Shown: positions 20,854 to 30,911, counted from the first letter of the stretch. The stretch: 64,000 bases of DNA from an uncultured Candidatus Saccharibacteria bacterium (GCA_964444125.1 CAYUFB010000002.1:9075-73074); one strand, 5' to 3'. Notes: generated by a model from the sequence alone, not told the origin. Numbers and translations: made by a program.

Positions 20854-22077
20854 TTATTGTCCAAGCCGCATGCCAGGATTGCGATCAAGCTTGCTATGAT
20901 CATGTGGCAGGTATTTGTCTTTAGAATTTCTCTGGCTTGATAAATAAGCAGATATTCCTATCATTGCGGCATTGTCCTGAAATAGTTTCTTTGAATACGG
21001 ATAGTATACTACTGGTTGAATATCTATTCCTTTTTTTGTTTCCCTTGCGAGTTTTCTTATAGAATATCTAACCTTCGCATTGCTGACTACTCCACCCCCA
21101 AGTAGAATTGATTTAACAGGGTGAGTTTTTAGAGCCTTTTGTACTTTATTTATGAGCGTTTCGATAGCGGCATTTTGGAAACTGGCTGCTATATCTATTA
21201 TCTGTTTTCGATTTAGATTAATTTTTTCTTCGCTCACCTCTAGGTTGGTATCTTGGGTCCAGGACTTACTTTTTTGTCTATTTTGTACTCTACTCTCCCC
21301 TGCTAGGTCTCGTGTGAGATATAGAACTGCAGTTTTTAAGCCAGAATAGCTGACGTTGAGGTCCGGGCTATTTTGCATAGCAATTGGTAATTTGTATGCA
21401 TTTTCGTCTCCTCTTTTGGCTAGTTCTTCAATAACTTTGCCACCTGGGTATCCTACTTTGAGTATTCTTGCGACCTTGTCATAAGCTTCACCAAGAGCGT
21501 CATCTAATGTTTCTCCTATTATTTCATACTTCCCGAAACCTTTTACATAAATAATTTGTGTATGTCCACCTGATATTAATATCCCTAAAGCAGGAAAGTT
21601 GATTTCTGTCAGTGGGTCTGCTTGACTATTTAAGCCTCTGGCAAATGAGCTTAGAAGATGTCCCTCCATATGATCTACCGCGATAATCGGCAAATTGTAT
21701 AAGATAGAGATTTCTTTGGCTTTTTTGATTCCTACTTCTAGCGCTATAGCAAGTCCTGGTCCTTGTGTAACAGCCACTGCATCGATTAAATTATAAATGC
21801 TCTTTATGTCTGACTTTGCAATTTCGTTAATCGCACCTTTTTGTTTTGACTTCTTGGCATTCGAAATGGCTTGCCTGAGTGCGGTTTCAATCACTTTGTC
21901 AATTCTGTTTTCATGTTCCAGACGAGCTATGCCAGGAACTGTACCACCCCATTTTCTATGCATCTCAATCTGGCTAGAGACGACGTTTGATAGGACCATG
22001 TTTTTGTGAGTGACCGCCACACTCGTATCATCGCAAGACGTATCAATGCTCAAAATTGTATTTATTTCTTTTTTCAT
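20854..22077 (-). CDS. tsaD: tRNA N6-adenosine threonylcarbamoyltransferase TsaD
   Basis: IDTSCDDT, AVTQGPGL, HMEGH, SGGHT, DDALGEAYDKVAR, SYSGLKT, DNAAMI. Confidence 0.96.
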   Translation of the reverse strand: MKKEINTILSIDTSCDDTSVAVTHKNMVLSNVVSSQIEMHRKWGGTVPGIARLEHENRIDKVIETALRQAISNAKKSKQKGAINEIAKSDIKSIYNLIDAVAVTQGPGLAIALEVGIKKAKEISILYNLPIIAVDHMEGHLLSSFARGLNSQADPLTEINFPALGILISGGHTQIIYVKGFGKYEIIGETLDDALGEAYDKVARILKVGYPGGKVIEELAKRGDENAYKLPIAMQNSPDLNVSYSGLKTAVLYLTRDLAGESRVQNRQKSKSWTQDTNLEVSEEKINLNRKQIIDIAASFQNAAIETLINKVQKALKTHPVKSILLGGGVVSNAKVRYSIRKLARETKKGIDIQPVVYYPYSKKLFQDNAAMIGISAYLSSQRNSKDKYLPHDHSKLDRNPGMRLGQ

Positions 22078-23273
22078 GATCTTTTTAAATTTATATATTT
22101 ATTTAAAGCAAATATTGCAATTAGTATGGCCACTAGGATGAAATAAAATGTTTGCAATTTGTTTATCTCAGCTAGATATCCACCGATGATACCAAAGATT
22201 ATATACGGGGTTTGAGTTAGCATTGCAAGGGTTGAAATAGTGCTTGCCCTATATTTTGATTCAAGATTCTCATTTACCACAACTGAGGCCCAAGGCACCA
22301 CAAATCGACCTAATAGAGTTATAAATAGCATGATAAAGAAGCCAATATAATAATTTGTAGTAATGAAGAGCAAGGATAGAATCAATATCTGTCCAATATA
22401 GAGAATATTAATTCCTCTGACATCCTTGAAGTAATTTCTAATTGATGTGAAAAAGTATAGAGATATGAGTGAGATTGCATTGATAATTGCATAGGTATAA
22501 CTAAGAGTCTCCCCAGTGTAGCCAAAACTTTCACCAACGTACTGTCTGATAAATCCCTGTCCCCATAGTCTATATACACCCCATGAAGCAATGATAAGCA
22601 AAATTACTGGTTTCAAATTTATGCTAAATAAATTCTTAAACCCAATAATTGTGTGTTTCTTAAATTGCGAAAAGGAAAACTTATCAGTATCAACTGAAGG
22701 CTCGGTTAGAAACAGACTAATAATTAGCGCAATTCCAACGAATATTGCCCATCCAAACCAAGGATACTGAGGGTCAATTCTATAAAGCATGCCACCTACT
22801 AGAGATACGATCACAAAAACCAATCCTGTGAGTGCGTAATAGCTTGAGGTGATTTTTGAGAAAAGAGACTCTTTTTTTGTTTCAACTAAACTGTCATATG
22901 ACAATGCCTCCATGCTACCCGATATAAAGGCGAGTCCTGCAAAAGCTAGTGAGTTGCCGAGACCGAGAAGGGAAATTGTTTGTCCAAAAGCCATGATTGC
23001 TGTACCGATAAGTTCGATTGCAAGTCCAAGAATAATCGTTTTTTTCTTCCCCAAAAGATCTGCAATGGCACCTGACGGGATTTCTAAAATAAATCCGATC
23101 ATAAAAGCAAACGTATCTAGGATACTTAGTTCGAATTTGTTCATGTAATTGAGCCAATAGAAGGTCCAATTGCCCATCACAAACCAGCCGTTTGTGAATA
23201 CTCCTAGTAGATAATAGATTTTTATGTTTCTTAGCCCCCCTGTTGGGAAGATATAGTCAAACAATTTCGCCAT
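22074..23273 (-). CDS. MFS transporter
   Basis: About 12 hydrophobic segments, EIPSGAIADLLGKK, SGSMEALSYDSL, RASTIS. Confidence 0.9.
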   Translation of the reverse strand: MAKLFDYIFPTGGLRNIKIYYLLGVFTNGWFVMGNWTFYWLNYMNKFELSILDTFAFMIGFILEIPSGAIADLLGKKKTIILGLAIELIGTAIMAFGQTISLLGLGNSLAFAGLAFISGSMEALSYDSLVETKKESLFSKITSSYYALTGLVFVIVSLVGGMLYRIDPQYPWFGWAIFVGIALIISLFLTEPSVDTDKFSFSQFKKHTIIGFKNLFSINLKPVILLIIASWGVYRLWGQGFIRQYVGESFGYTGETLSYTYAIINAISLISLYFFTSIRNYFKDVRGINILYIGQILILSLLFITTNYYIGFFIMLFITLLGRFVVPWASVVVNENLESKYRASTISTLAMLTQTPYIIFGIIGGYLAEINKLQTFYFILVAILIAIFALNKYINLKRS

Positions 23274-23359
23274 ATATAAATAATTGCCTTAAAAGCTCTA
23301 ATCGATTGTAGATTTTATCAAATTTGGTAGAATAGTTGTAAATATTACTTATTTCAAAT

Positions 23360-23764
23360 ATGGATGATTGTGTTTTCTGTAAAATTGTAAATGGCGAAAT
23401 TCCTTGTTATAAGATTTATGAAGATAGTCAATTTTTGGGATTTCTTGATATTTATCCCGCCAATAAGGGTCAAGCGTTAATCATCCCAAAAGCTCACACA
23501 AGTGCTCAATTCTCGCAGGTACCCGATGATGTTTTAACAGGCGCAATACTTGCTGCAAAATCTCTTGCAGCCAAGATTGAATCTAGTGTTGATAATGTAG
23601 CAAGGTGTATAGTTGCTGTTGAAGGATTTGATGTGGATCATTTTCATATAAAAATATATCCGACATATCTTCCGAATCCAACTGACGAAGCATTTGGCAG
23701 GGGTGGTCAAAAAGCTAATGAGAAAGATCTAAAAGATTTGCAGGAATTGATAAATCAAGATTAG
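23360..23764 (+). CDS. HIT-family protein
   Basis: DCVFCKIVNGEIP, FLDIYP, VDHFHIK (third His of the triad replaced). Confidence 0.88.
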   Translation: MDDCVFCKIVNGEIPCYKIYEDSQFLGFLDIYPANKGQALIIPKAHTSAQFSQVPDDVLTGAILAAKSLAAKIESSVDNVARCIVAVEGFDVDHFHIKIYPTYLPNPTDEAFGRGGQKANEKDLKDLQELINQD

Positions 23765-24876
23765 TTCTTATACTGATATATCGAGATTTCTCTCCCAGTC
23801 TCTGAAGTCTGGCTTATCGAAATAATATACATCTCTTGGGTCAATTTGTTTATATAGTTAATTATCCCCTCTACTCTTTCGGGCCATTCGATAGATATAA
23901 TTGATGCATTATCACGTAGCGCATTTTCGAGTCCAATGTCTTTAAGGATTGTTTCGTTTTCGCTCTCAATTTCATTAAGTCTCCAAAAATCATAATGATA
24001 AAGTGTCTTTCTTGTTTTAGGATTCTTATATTGCCTTTCAAAAACATAGGTAGGAGATAAAATTGGTTCATTAATTTCTAAATATTGCGCGATAGCTTTT
24101 GTTGCGTGGGTCTTCCCTGCCCCAAGATCTCCCGAAAATAGTATAACTTTCAAGTCTGGTTTGTTAGTTAGAAATTCTTTAATAATGTCGATCGTTTCTT
24201 GTTCTGAGTTTGATATCTTCTTGCCTGTCCTGTGAAAAGATTTAAGTATCTGCTCGTGAAATTTTGTTCCTCTTAGAACGCTAGGTACACTTGTTGTAGT
24301 ATCAATAACTGTAGAAGATGGCCTTCTAGGCAACCTGCCATAATCAATAATTAGGTCAATTAATTCTTTTTTCCCTTCTGGCAAGCTCTCTAGCAGACTA
24401 TCAATGCTATATGGTGTACTACCTCCAGAAAGGTTTGCACTTGTTGCGGTGATCCCTTCATCTAATTTTGATACTATCTGGATTGGAATTATGTGATCAG
24501 GAATTCTAATTCCTAGTGTCCCTGTTTCACTTTCAAGTCTTCTGTCTGTATTCTCCTTTGATTTACTAATGACTGTATATGGGCCGGGTAAAAAGTTTTT
24601 GTAAATATTCTCGGCAGTTTCATTGAGTAAGACGTATTTTTCTGCCATTTTTCGATCTCTAAGGGCCACAGAAATAGCCTTGCCTTCAGGTCTGCGTTTG
24701 TAGCGTATCAGTTTACTCACGCCCTTTTTGTGGCTTGCTAACGAGCCAATCCCATAACAGGTTTCGGTGGGATAAACAACTATTCCACCATCTCGTAGTA
24801 CATTTACTACTTTTTCCAGATCTAAATCAGTTAATTTATCTTTTGCCTTAATTATTTCCATTGCTAATTTTATCAT
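23761..24876 (-). CDS. tsaC/tsaE: Fusion of L-threonylcarbamoyladenylate synthase TsaC (YrdC/Sua5 domain) and TsaE ATPase
   Basis: N-half YPTETCYG, KRRP, LPGPYT, GIRIP, TSANLSG, STVID; C-half GDLGAGKT, SPTY, HYDFWRL, IEWPE. Confidence 0.92.
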   Translation of the reverse strand: MIKLAMEIIKAKDKLTDLDLEKVVNVLRDGGIVVYPTETCYGIGSLASHKKGVSKLIRYKRRPEGKAISVALRDRKMAEKYVLLNETAENIYKNFLPGPYTVISKSKENTDRRLESETGTLGIRIPDHIIPIQIVSKLDEGITATSANLSGGSTPYSIDSLLESLPEGKKELIDLIIDYGRLPRRPSSTVIDTTTSVPSVLRGTKFHEQILKSFHRTGKKISNSEQETIDIIKEFLTNKPDLKVILFSGDLGAGKTHATKAIAQYLEINEPILSPTYVFERQYKNPKTRKTLYHYDFWRLNEIESENETILKDIGLENALRDNASIISIEWPERVEGIINYINKLTQEMYIISISQTSETGREISIYQYKN

Positions 24877-24881
24877 AAGAC

Positions 24882-24911
24882 AAAAAAAGGGGTAGATATA
24901 TCTACCCCTTT
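24882..24911 (-). terminator. Intrinsic terminator of HU gene
   Basis: Perfect palindrome AAAGGGGTAGATATATCTACCCCTTT with a U-run on the minus strand. Confidence 0.85.
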
Positions 24912-24951
24912 GTAATTAACCAAGCTATACATTTAAGCTATTAGCTCAAAT

Positions 24952-25224
24952 TTATTTGACCATTTCCTTGAAAGCTTTACCAGCTTTAAATACAGGAACT
25001 GTTCTTGCAGGAATCTTGATTGAAGCACCTGTTTGTGGGTTTCTTCCAGATCTTGCTTGTCTTTTGCTTGGTTTGAATGTACCGAAGCCAGTAAAGGTAA
25101 CTGTGTCACCTTTTTTAACTGTTGACATGACTGATCCCATGAAAGCTTCTAGTACATCACCGACTGCTTTTTTTGTTAAGCCAGTCTTTGATGCGATTGT
25201 GTCGACCATTTGTGTTTTGTTCAT
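24952..25224 (-). CDS. hup: DNA-binding protein HU
   Basis: MNKTQMV, GFGTF, RSGRNPQTG, PVFKAGK; strong SD AAGGAGG upstream. Confidence 0.97.
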   Translation of the reverse strand: MNKTQMVDTIASKTGLTKKAVGDVLEAFMGSVMSTVKKGDTVTFTGFGTFKPSKRQARSGRNPQTGASIKIPARTVPVFKAGKAFKEMVK

Positions 25225-25297
25225 TTGTAGTAGCCTCCTTTCTTATTGCCCCTGAACTAAAGGGGGTTTATTTGTTGATAACAAAATCAACACCCAT

Positions 25298-25326
25298 AGT
25301 CTATTATGTAATTCGCTTTGTGTCAA
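25298..25326 (-). promoter_or_regulatory. Sigma70 promoter of HU gene
   Basis: Minus strand TTGACA-17 nt-TAGACT. Confidence 0.7.
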
Positions 25327-25498
25327 GCATTTCTCTTGTCTGGTAATGGATTTGCGTAGTTCATTTAAAATAGAGACAAGATGAACTGCCAAAAGCGCAA
25401 TCTAATTCGACGCTCTCGGCACTATGTCCGGTAGTTATGCTTTTTGGAGATTGCTGGACAGGCTATTATGTCATAGAAAATTCAACGAAAAGTGTGAA

Positions 25499-26338
25499 TT
25501 ACTCCATCTCCTTATCGATTCTTGTAATTTTTTTCGCAGAAAAATTTTCGATTTCTACTAAAACTGAGTTAAAGATTTTTGGTCCTTTTGTCTCTTCTTT
25601 GAATTTTTGCTTGTATGGATATTTGAAATTAGGTATCACGGAATCAAATGAAACCCAAAGCGAAGCTTCTTTAGTTCCGCACATCCCTACATCGCTCACA
25701 AAAGCGCAGTTGCCTTCTTTTGTTGATCTTTTTAATAATTTGGCATCAATAGTACCAACATGAGTATGTGTTCCTAGAACTGCTGCTGTGTCATTTCTGA
25801 CATACCATCCGAAGCTAGCTTTTTCTGATGTGGCCTCAGCATGGAAGTCGATAAGTATTGGAATATTACTATTCTCCCCTACTCTTTTCTTTATTTCTTC
25901 TTGAAATTCGTCGTATGCCCAAAATGGATTTCTAACTTTTTGTCTCATAAATTCTTGTCCCAAAAAAGCTGCAATTATGATTTGCCCTTTCTCTCCCAAA
26001 TCGATGATATCCCAACCTTTTCCTGGAAGATATTCTCTCCCCTCGTAGTTGTATGGTCTAACTATTGGAAGGCTTTGATCTTCTATCTCAATTTTGAATT
26101 CTGGTATATCCCAAACGTGTTCTCCTGTCGTGAAATAATCAATACCATATGATTGCAGTTCGGAAAGAATTTCACGTGTAACTCCCCTACCCCCAGCGGC
26201 GTTTTCTGCGTTAGCGATTACAAAATCGACTTGATACTTTCTACGAATATCTGGCAAAGCACTTTTCACCGCCTCTCTTCCAGGTCTTGCAGAGATATCG
26301 CCAATGAAAAGAATTTTTAAATTGTTATTATCGTTCAT
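25499..26338 (-). CDS. ymdB: YmdB-family metallophosphoesterase (TIGR00282-like)
   Basis: LFIGDI, NAENAAGG, DFHAEATSEK, GTHTHV, DVGMCG. Confidence 0.93.
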   Translation of the reverse strand: MNDNNNLKILFIGDISARPGREAVKSALPDIRRKYQVDFVIANAENAAGGRGVTREILSELQSYGIDYFTTGEHVWDIPEFKIEIEDQSLPIVRPYNYEGREYLPGKGWDIIDLGEKGQIIIAAFLGQEFMRQKVRNPFWAYDEFQEEIKKRVGENSNIPILIDFHAEATSEKASFGWYVRNDTAAVLGTHTHVGTIDAKLLKRSTKEGNCAFVSDVGMCGTKEASLWVSFDSVIPNFKYPYKQKFKEETKGPKIFNSVLVEIENFSAKKITRIDKEME

Positions 26339-26554
26339 GTGTTAATTATAGTTTACTTTGCAAAATATTGCTATTGAGCCGTATTCTTGTATTCTTGTTT
26401 GATTGATAGACTGCCTAGATATAGCAGTGTGATGTTATAAAATATAAGTTAGTAATTTGGAATTTTTTGAAAATTGTTTGGAAATACTATGAATTGAAGA
26501 AGTATTTGTTTGATAATATTAGTCATGGACAAGTCTTTGTTGCTATAATCTAGT

Positions 26555-27109
26555 ATGAAATTAAAGATTATTCAGATAGGTGATCCTGTCTTAGAACAAA
26601 AAGCCAAACCAGTTAAGGACATAAATGATCCGGCTCTGCAAACATTGATCGATAATATTCTTGATACTTGCAATTTCGATCTTGATAAAACAGCTGGTTT
26701 ATCTGCCCCTCAAGTAGGGGAGTCACTTGCTGTATCTGTTTGCAGACGCTTTGATATTTCTGATGATTCAGTCGAATGGGAGGTTATGATTAATCCGAAA
26801 ATTATAGCTAATTCTTCAGAAAAGAGTACTATGTGGGAAGGATGTTTAAGTATTGGAGAAGGGGATAAGACTTTGTATGGTCCGGTTACTAGGCCCAAAA
26901 GAGTCACAGTCGAATATTTAGATAGAGCAGGGGAGAAAAAAAGGTTGACGGGGGAAGACTTCTTTAGTCATGTGATACAGCATGAAGTAGATCATGTAAA
27001 CGGGATTCTGTTTATCAAATATGTCCAAAATCCAGATCAAAACCTATGGTTATCAAAGGAAATTGATAATTATTTAGAAATTCACGATACTTTTCCTCCA
27101 ATTGTGTAG
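26555..27109 (+). CDS. def: Peptide deformylase
   Basis: GLSAPQVG, EGCLS, QHEVDH. Confidence 0.96.
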   Translation: MKLKIIQIGDPVLEQKAKPVKDINDPALQTLIDNILDTCNFDLDKTAGLSAPQVGESLAVSVCRRFDISDDSVEWEVMINPKIIANSSEKSTMWEGCLSIGEGDKTLYGPVTRPKRVTVEYLDRAGEKKRLTGEDFFSHVIQHEVDHVNGILFIKYVQNPDQNLWLSKEIDNYLEIHDTFPPIV

Positions 27110-27113
27110 TTTT

Positions 27114-28640
27114 TCACGTGAAATATTGAGGAGCTCTGAAACTTAAGGCTTCTGCTATTTCTTGTTTCTCAACATTATCTTTTTGTTTAAGATCTGCAAT
27201 TGTCCTTGCTACTTTGAGAATTTTAAAATATCCTCTTGCCGAGAGATTGTATTTGGCAATCGCCTGTTTGAGAATTAATAGAGATGATTTATCTAGTTTG
27301 ATATAAGTATATATTTCATTGTTTGACATTTGGGCATTACAATTTATGTTTCTTGATTTGAACCTCGAATTTTGCATATTTCGTGCACGATTGATACGAT
27401 CTTTAACTTTACTAGATGACTCCTGTTTTGTGTCCGACTTTTTAAGCTCTGTATACTTGACTTGATTGACCTGTACTATCAAATCAAATCTATCATATAT
27501 TGGGCCACTGATTTTCTGTAAATACCTTTTGCGCTCGTAGGGTGAACAAATACACGGTTTTTTGTCGCTTCCAAAATAACCGCACTTGCATGGATTCATA
27601 GATGCAATAAGCTGGAAATTGGCAGGGTAGGTGACTTTGTATGAAGCTCTGGAGATATGGACGTTTTTATCTTCTAGTGGCTGCCTCAGTGCTTCAAGCG
27701 ATTTTTGCTCAAACTCAGGAAACTCATCAAGGAAGAGTACCCCATTGTGCGCTAATGATATCTCTCCTGGCATTGGATTTGATCCACCTCCAACAAGAGA
27801 TACTTGAGAAGATGTATGATGAGGTGATCTAAAAGGTCTGGATGTGATAAGCGGATAATTTGGATCAATTGATCTGGTTATGCTATGTATTCTTGTAACC
27901 TCTAGGCTTTCTGCAAAGGTCATATCTGGCAGTATTGAAGGCAATGTCCTTGCTAGATAAGTTTTGCCTGATCCGGGTATGCCTGAAAGTAGCAGGTTGT
28001 GTCCGCCCGCAGCCGCAATTTCAAGAGCGCGCTTTGCCTGGATTTGTCCTTTGATTTCGGAGATATCATGTATGTTCGGATCGTTTTTTATTACTTTTGT
28101 CTTAGAATTTCTGATTGGTTTAAGTATTGTTGTATTGTTTAGGTGGGTGACTATTTCTTTGAGTGATGTGACACCGTAGATATTTACGTTTTTGACAAGT
28201 GCTGCTTCAGAGGCATTTTCGTACGGAAGAAATATCTCCTTAAAACCTTTTTTTTGTAATGAATCGATAAGAGGTAGTACTCCACTTATTGAGCGTAAAC
28301 TTCCATCAAGTGCCACTTCTCCTAGGAAAGCAAATGTTTTGAAGTCGAATTCTTTGATTATCTTTTTGGCCAAGAGTATTCCAACCGACATAGCTAGATC
28401 AAATATTGGTCCTGATTTGGGTATATTGGCTGGGGCAAGATTAATAATTTTGTGTCCTGTGCCTATATCAATATCGCTATTTCTAAATGCTGACATCATT
28501 CTTTCTCTTGATTCTTGTACTGCTTTATCAGGAAGTCCAACTATACTAATCTTCCTTTCGCCTCTAGTTATATCGGTTTCAACCTCAATGATCTGTGCAT
28601 CTAAGCCCATTAAAGTTGCTGTATATACTTTTGAGAGCAT
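27114..28640 (-). CDS. comM: YifB/ComM-family Mg-chelatase-like AAA+ ATPase
   Basis: VGLPDKAVQES, NLAPA, GIPGSGKT, RPFRSPHH, LAHNGVLFLDE, MNPCKCG, ARTIADL. Confidence 0.93.
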   Translation of the reverse strand: MLSKVYTATLMGLDAQIIEVETDITRGERKISIVGLPDKAVQESRERMMSAFRNSDIDIGTGHKIINLAPANIPKSGPIFDLAMSVGILLAKKIIKEFDFKTFAFLGEVALDGSLRSISGVLPLIDSLQKKGFKEIFLPYENASEAALVKNVNIYGVTSLKEIVTHLNNTTILKPIRNSKTKVIKNDPNIHDISEIKGQIQAKRALEIAAAGGHNLLLSGIPGSGKTYLARTLPSILPDMTFAESLEVTRIHSITRSIDPNYPLITSRPFRSPHHTSSQVSLVGGGSNPMPGEISLAHNGVLFLDEFPEFEQKSLEALRQPLEDKNVHISRASYKVTYPANFQLIASMNPCKCGYFGSDKKPCICSPYERKRYLQKISGPIYDRFDLIVQVNQVKYTELKKSDTKQESSSKVKDRINRARNMQNSRFKSRNINCNAQMSNNEIYTYIKLDKSSLLILKQAIAKYNLSARGYFKILKVARTIADLKQKDNVEKQEIAEALSFRAPQYFT

Positions 28641-28737
28641 TGTTTATAGATAAATATATTGCTTGATTAATAGTGTGTATAATATTCCTATAAGATTAAA
28701 AAAGTATGAATTTTGTATTAAATATTAATTAAAATAT

Positions 28738-29292
28738 ATGTTGTACTTTAAAAAATTCAAATACTGTCCAGTTTGTGGTAGCGAATATTTAACTGGCGAC
28801 TTTGATGAGGATTCGACGATGTTTTTATGTAAGCAATGTGGGTATAGGTACTATCAAAATATGGATCCAACTGTTGCCTTGATAATTCCAAATGGATCAA
28901 ACCCAAATGAGGTTCTTTTGACTAAACGGAACATGAATCCTGGTCTTGGTCTATGGGATACGCCTGGAGGGTTCTTGAAATATGGAGAAGATCCTGAAAA
29001 TGCATGTGTCAGGGAGATAAAGGAAGAATTGGGTATGACAATTGAGATTGATAGAGTATTTGATGTATTAATTAATATATATGGCTATCAAGGGGTGGAG
29101 TACAATCATACAACTTTGTATTATCTTGCAAAACCTATTTTCGCTCTTCCTGAGATTGCCGATAAACAAGAAAATTCGAGTGTGAAGTTTTTTGATATAA
29201 GGAGGGTAGGGGAGGAAGAAAAAACTTTTGCTTTCAAGGCTGATATTAAGGCATTAAAGGAGTATCGCAAATTCCTTGCAAAAAATTCTTGA
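28738..29292 (+). CDS. NUDIX hydrolase with N-terminal zinc ribbon
   Basis: CPVCG..CKQCG; PGGFLKYGEDPENACVREIKEELG Nudix box. Confidence 0.92.
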   Translation: MLYFKKFKYCPVCGSEYLTGDFDEDSTMFLCKQCGYRYYQNMDPTVALIIPNGSNPNEVLLTKRNMNPGLGLWDTPGGFLKYGEDPENACVREIKEELGMTIEIDRVFDVLINIYGYQGVEYNHTTLYYLAKPIFALPEIADKQENSSVKFFDIRRVGEEEKTFAFKADIKALKEYRKFLAKNS

Positions 29293-29318
29293 CAAAAATT
29301 TCCAATATTTGGTATATT
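29289..29318 (+). promoter_or_regulatory. Sigma70 promoter of hsp20
   Basis: TTGACA 29289-29294 and extended -10 TGgTATATT ending at 29318. Confidence 0.7.
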
Positions 29319-29345
29319 TTAGCAGACAGGGGGTGCGGGTGCTAA
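29319..29345 (+). promoter_or_regulatory. CIRCE operator (HrcA binding site)
   Basis: TTAGCAGAC-N9-GGGTGCTAA versus consensus TTAGCACTC-N9-GAGTGCTAA, between promoter and a heat-shock gene. Confidence 0.85.
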
Positions 29346-29383
29346 AGCTCTTTGTCGTATTTTTACTTTTTATCAAATATATT

Positions 29384-29797
29384 ATGAGAATGACTGTTTG
29401 GGATCCATTTGCTGTAGCAAGACGAATGAGAGATATCGATGATTGGAATGATATGTTTGAGTACGATGAGACAGAACTGGATATGTATGAAGAAGAGGAT
29501 AAAGTGGTTGTGAAATTGAAGGCTCCAGGATTTGACGATAAGAATGTGAACATCACAGTTGAAGACAATACTGTAACTATTACAGGTAGCGCGGAAACTA
29601 AGGAGGAAGAGGAGGATAAGGCAAAGAAATATTATAAAAAAGAGATAACTCAAAGATCATTTACTAGAACAGTATCGTTGCCATCAAAAGTTTTGGTTGA
29701 TAAAGCGAATGCTGAGTTTAAAAATGGTATTTTGCAACTAACTCTTCCAAAAGCTGAGGAATCAAAACCAAAGAAGGTTGAGATCAAGGTTAACTAA
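29384..29797 (+). CDS. Small heat shock protein Hsp20/alpha-crystallin
   Basis: WDPF, DMYEEED, PG, FTRTVSLP, AEFKNGILQLTLPK, KKVEI; ATG 29384. Confidence 0.95.
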   Translation: MRMTVWDPFAVARRMRDIDDWNDMFEYDETELDMYEEEDKVVVKLKAPGFDDKNVNITVEDNTVTITGSAETKEEEEDKAKKYYKKEITQRSFTRTVSLPSKVLVDKANAEFKNGILQLTLPKAEESKPKKVEIKVN

Positions 29798-29822
29798 GAT
29801 TCGAATTATTAGAGTAGAGGAG

Positions 29823-29849
29823 AAAGGGAGGCACAAGTGTCTCCCTTTT
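29823..29849 (+). terminator. Intrinsic terminator after hsp20
   Basis: AAAGGGAGGCAC-AA-GTGTCTCCCTTTT. Confidence 0.75.
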
Positions 29850-29916
29850 GGTTATACTATCGTATGGTATTCAAACAAATTACTTTTTACTATAATAATA
29901 TTTTTATTTAGATCGT

Positions 29917-30192
29917 ATGAGTTATCAATATACATATTTGATGTGGACATTGATTTTTGGATTTGTCTGGTTAATGCTGTATTGTTTCAGAAAGGATGTA
30001 CGAAAGGAAATGTTGTTGATAAGTAGTATGTTTGGGATAGGTGGGATTACATCTCAAGTAACAAATATTGCAGATTATTGGGATCCAATCATACTGTTGA
30101 AAGAATGGTATATGGTAAGGAAATTATCTATGATTATGCAAGTACTTTATACTCGGATCTTGATAAACTGGTTGATATACAAAAGCGTGTAA
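29917..30192 (+). pseudogene. Probable truncated membrane protein (N-terminal part resembles lycopene-cyclase-domain membrane proteins)
   Basis: Two TM helices with RKDVRKEML and DYWDP, then reads out of frame over the next ORF. Confidence 0.4.
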
Positions 30193-30911
30193 AAGCTCTG
30201 TCTGGGCTTGGGTTGACTGCGCCGCTTCTGTCTATTGCATTACGAACGACGTTGTTTACTGAATTTGAGAAATCGCGACTAAAAGATAGTAGGATTAACC
30301 TACGTGATTTTTTTACTTATGAGTGGATTACGGAGTTTCTTGATGATATGATTAGAGCCAAGACAAATGTTGATGTTGGCACTAATTTGGATGAGCTGTA
30401 CGATATGGCTGTGTTGAAATCAAAAATTAGAAAAGTTGCTCTTTCCGCTATTGTTGCAGAGGCTGCGATAGAGAGTATGGAAATCGAAGTTGGTGATTCT
30501 CTTTGTGAGATCCATCGAGACGATGTTTTTGAGGCTAAGGAATTTAATGCGCATGTAAGGATAAATGATTACGCTTTCTTTAACGAAGAAACAATAAGTA
30601 AAGATCATGGATTTTTTCGGGTTAAGATTCTGAAAGTAGATGATCTTAAAAGTCATGATAATGGATTAGTTCAGATTGAATTAATAGCAGAAGGTGGTAA
30701 TTCACAAAAAATTGAGAACTTAGATAAAGTAAAATTGCATAAAGTTGGGACTAAGATTGGAGAGGCATTGTTAAGTAGAGGGATTATTACTAACACATCA
30801 AATATTCAAAATTTGCCTAGTAGTGTATCGGAAACTAGTATGATTTTATGGAATGCCATGAAGAATGAAGTACTTAAATCATCTGATGGGGTTATTACTT
30901 CTGCAGAATAA
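30105..30911 (+). CDS. Hypothetical protein
   Basis: Long open frame (from TTG 30078 or ATG 30105); no motif recognised. Confidence 0.65.
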   Translation: MVYGKEIIYDYASTLYSDLDKLVDIQKRVKALSGLGLTAPLLSIALRTTLFTEFEKSRLKDSRINLRDFFTYEWITEFLDDMIRAKTNVDVGTNLDELYDMAVLKSKIRKVALSAIVAEAAIESMEIEVGDSLCEIHRDDVFEAKEFNAHVRINDYAFFNEETISKDHGFFRVKILKVDDLKSHDNGLVQIELIAEGGNSQKIENLDKVKLHKVGTKIGEALLSRGIITNTSNIQNLPSSVSETSMILWNAMKNEVLKSSDGVITSAE

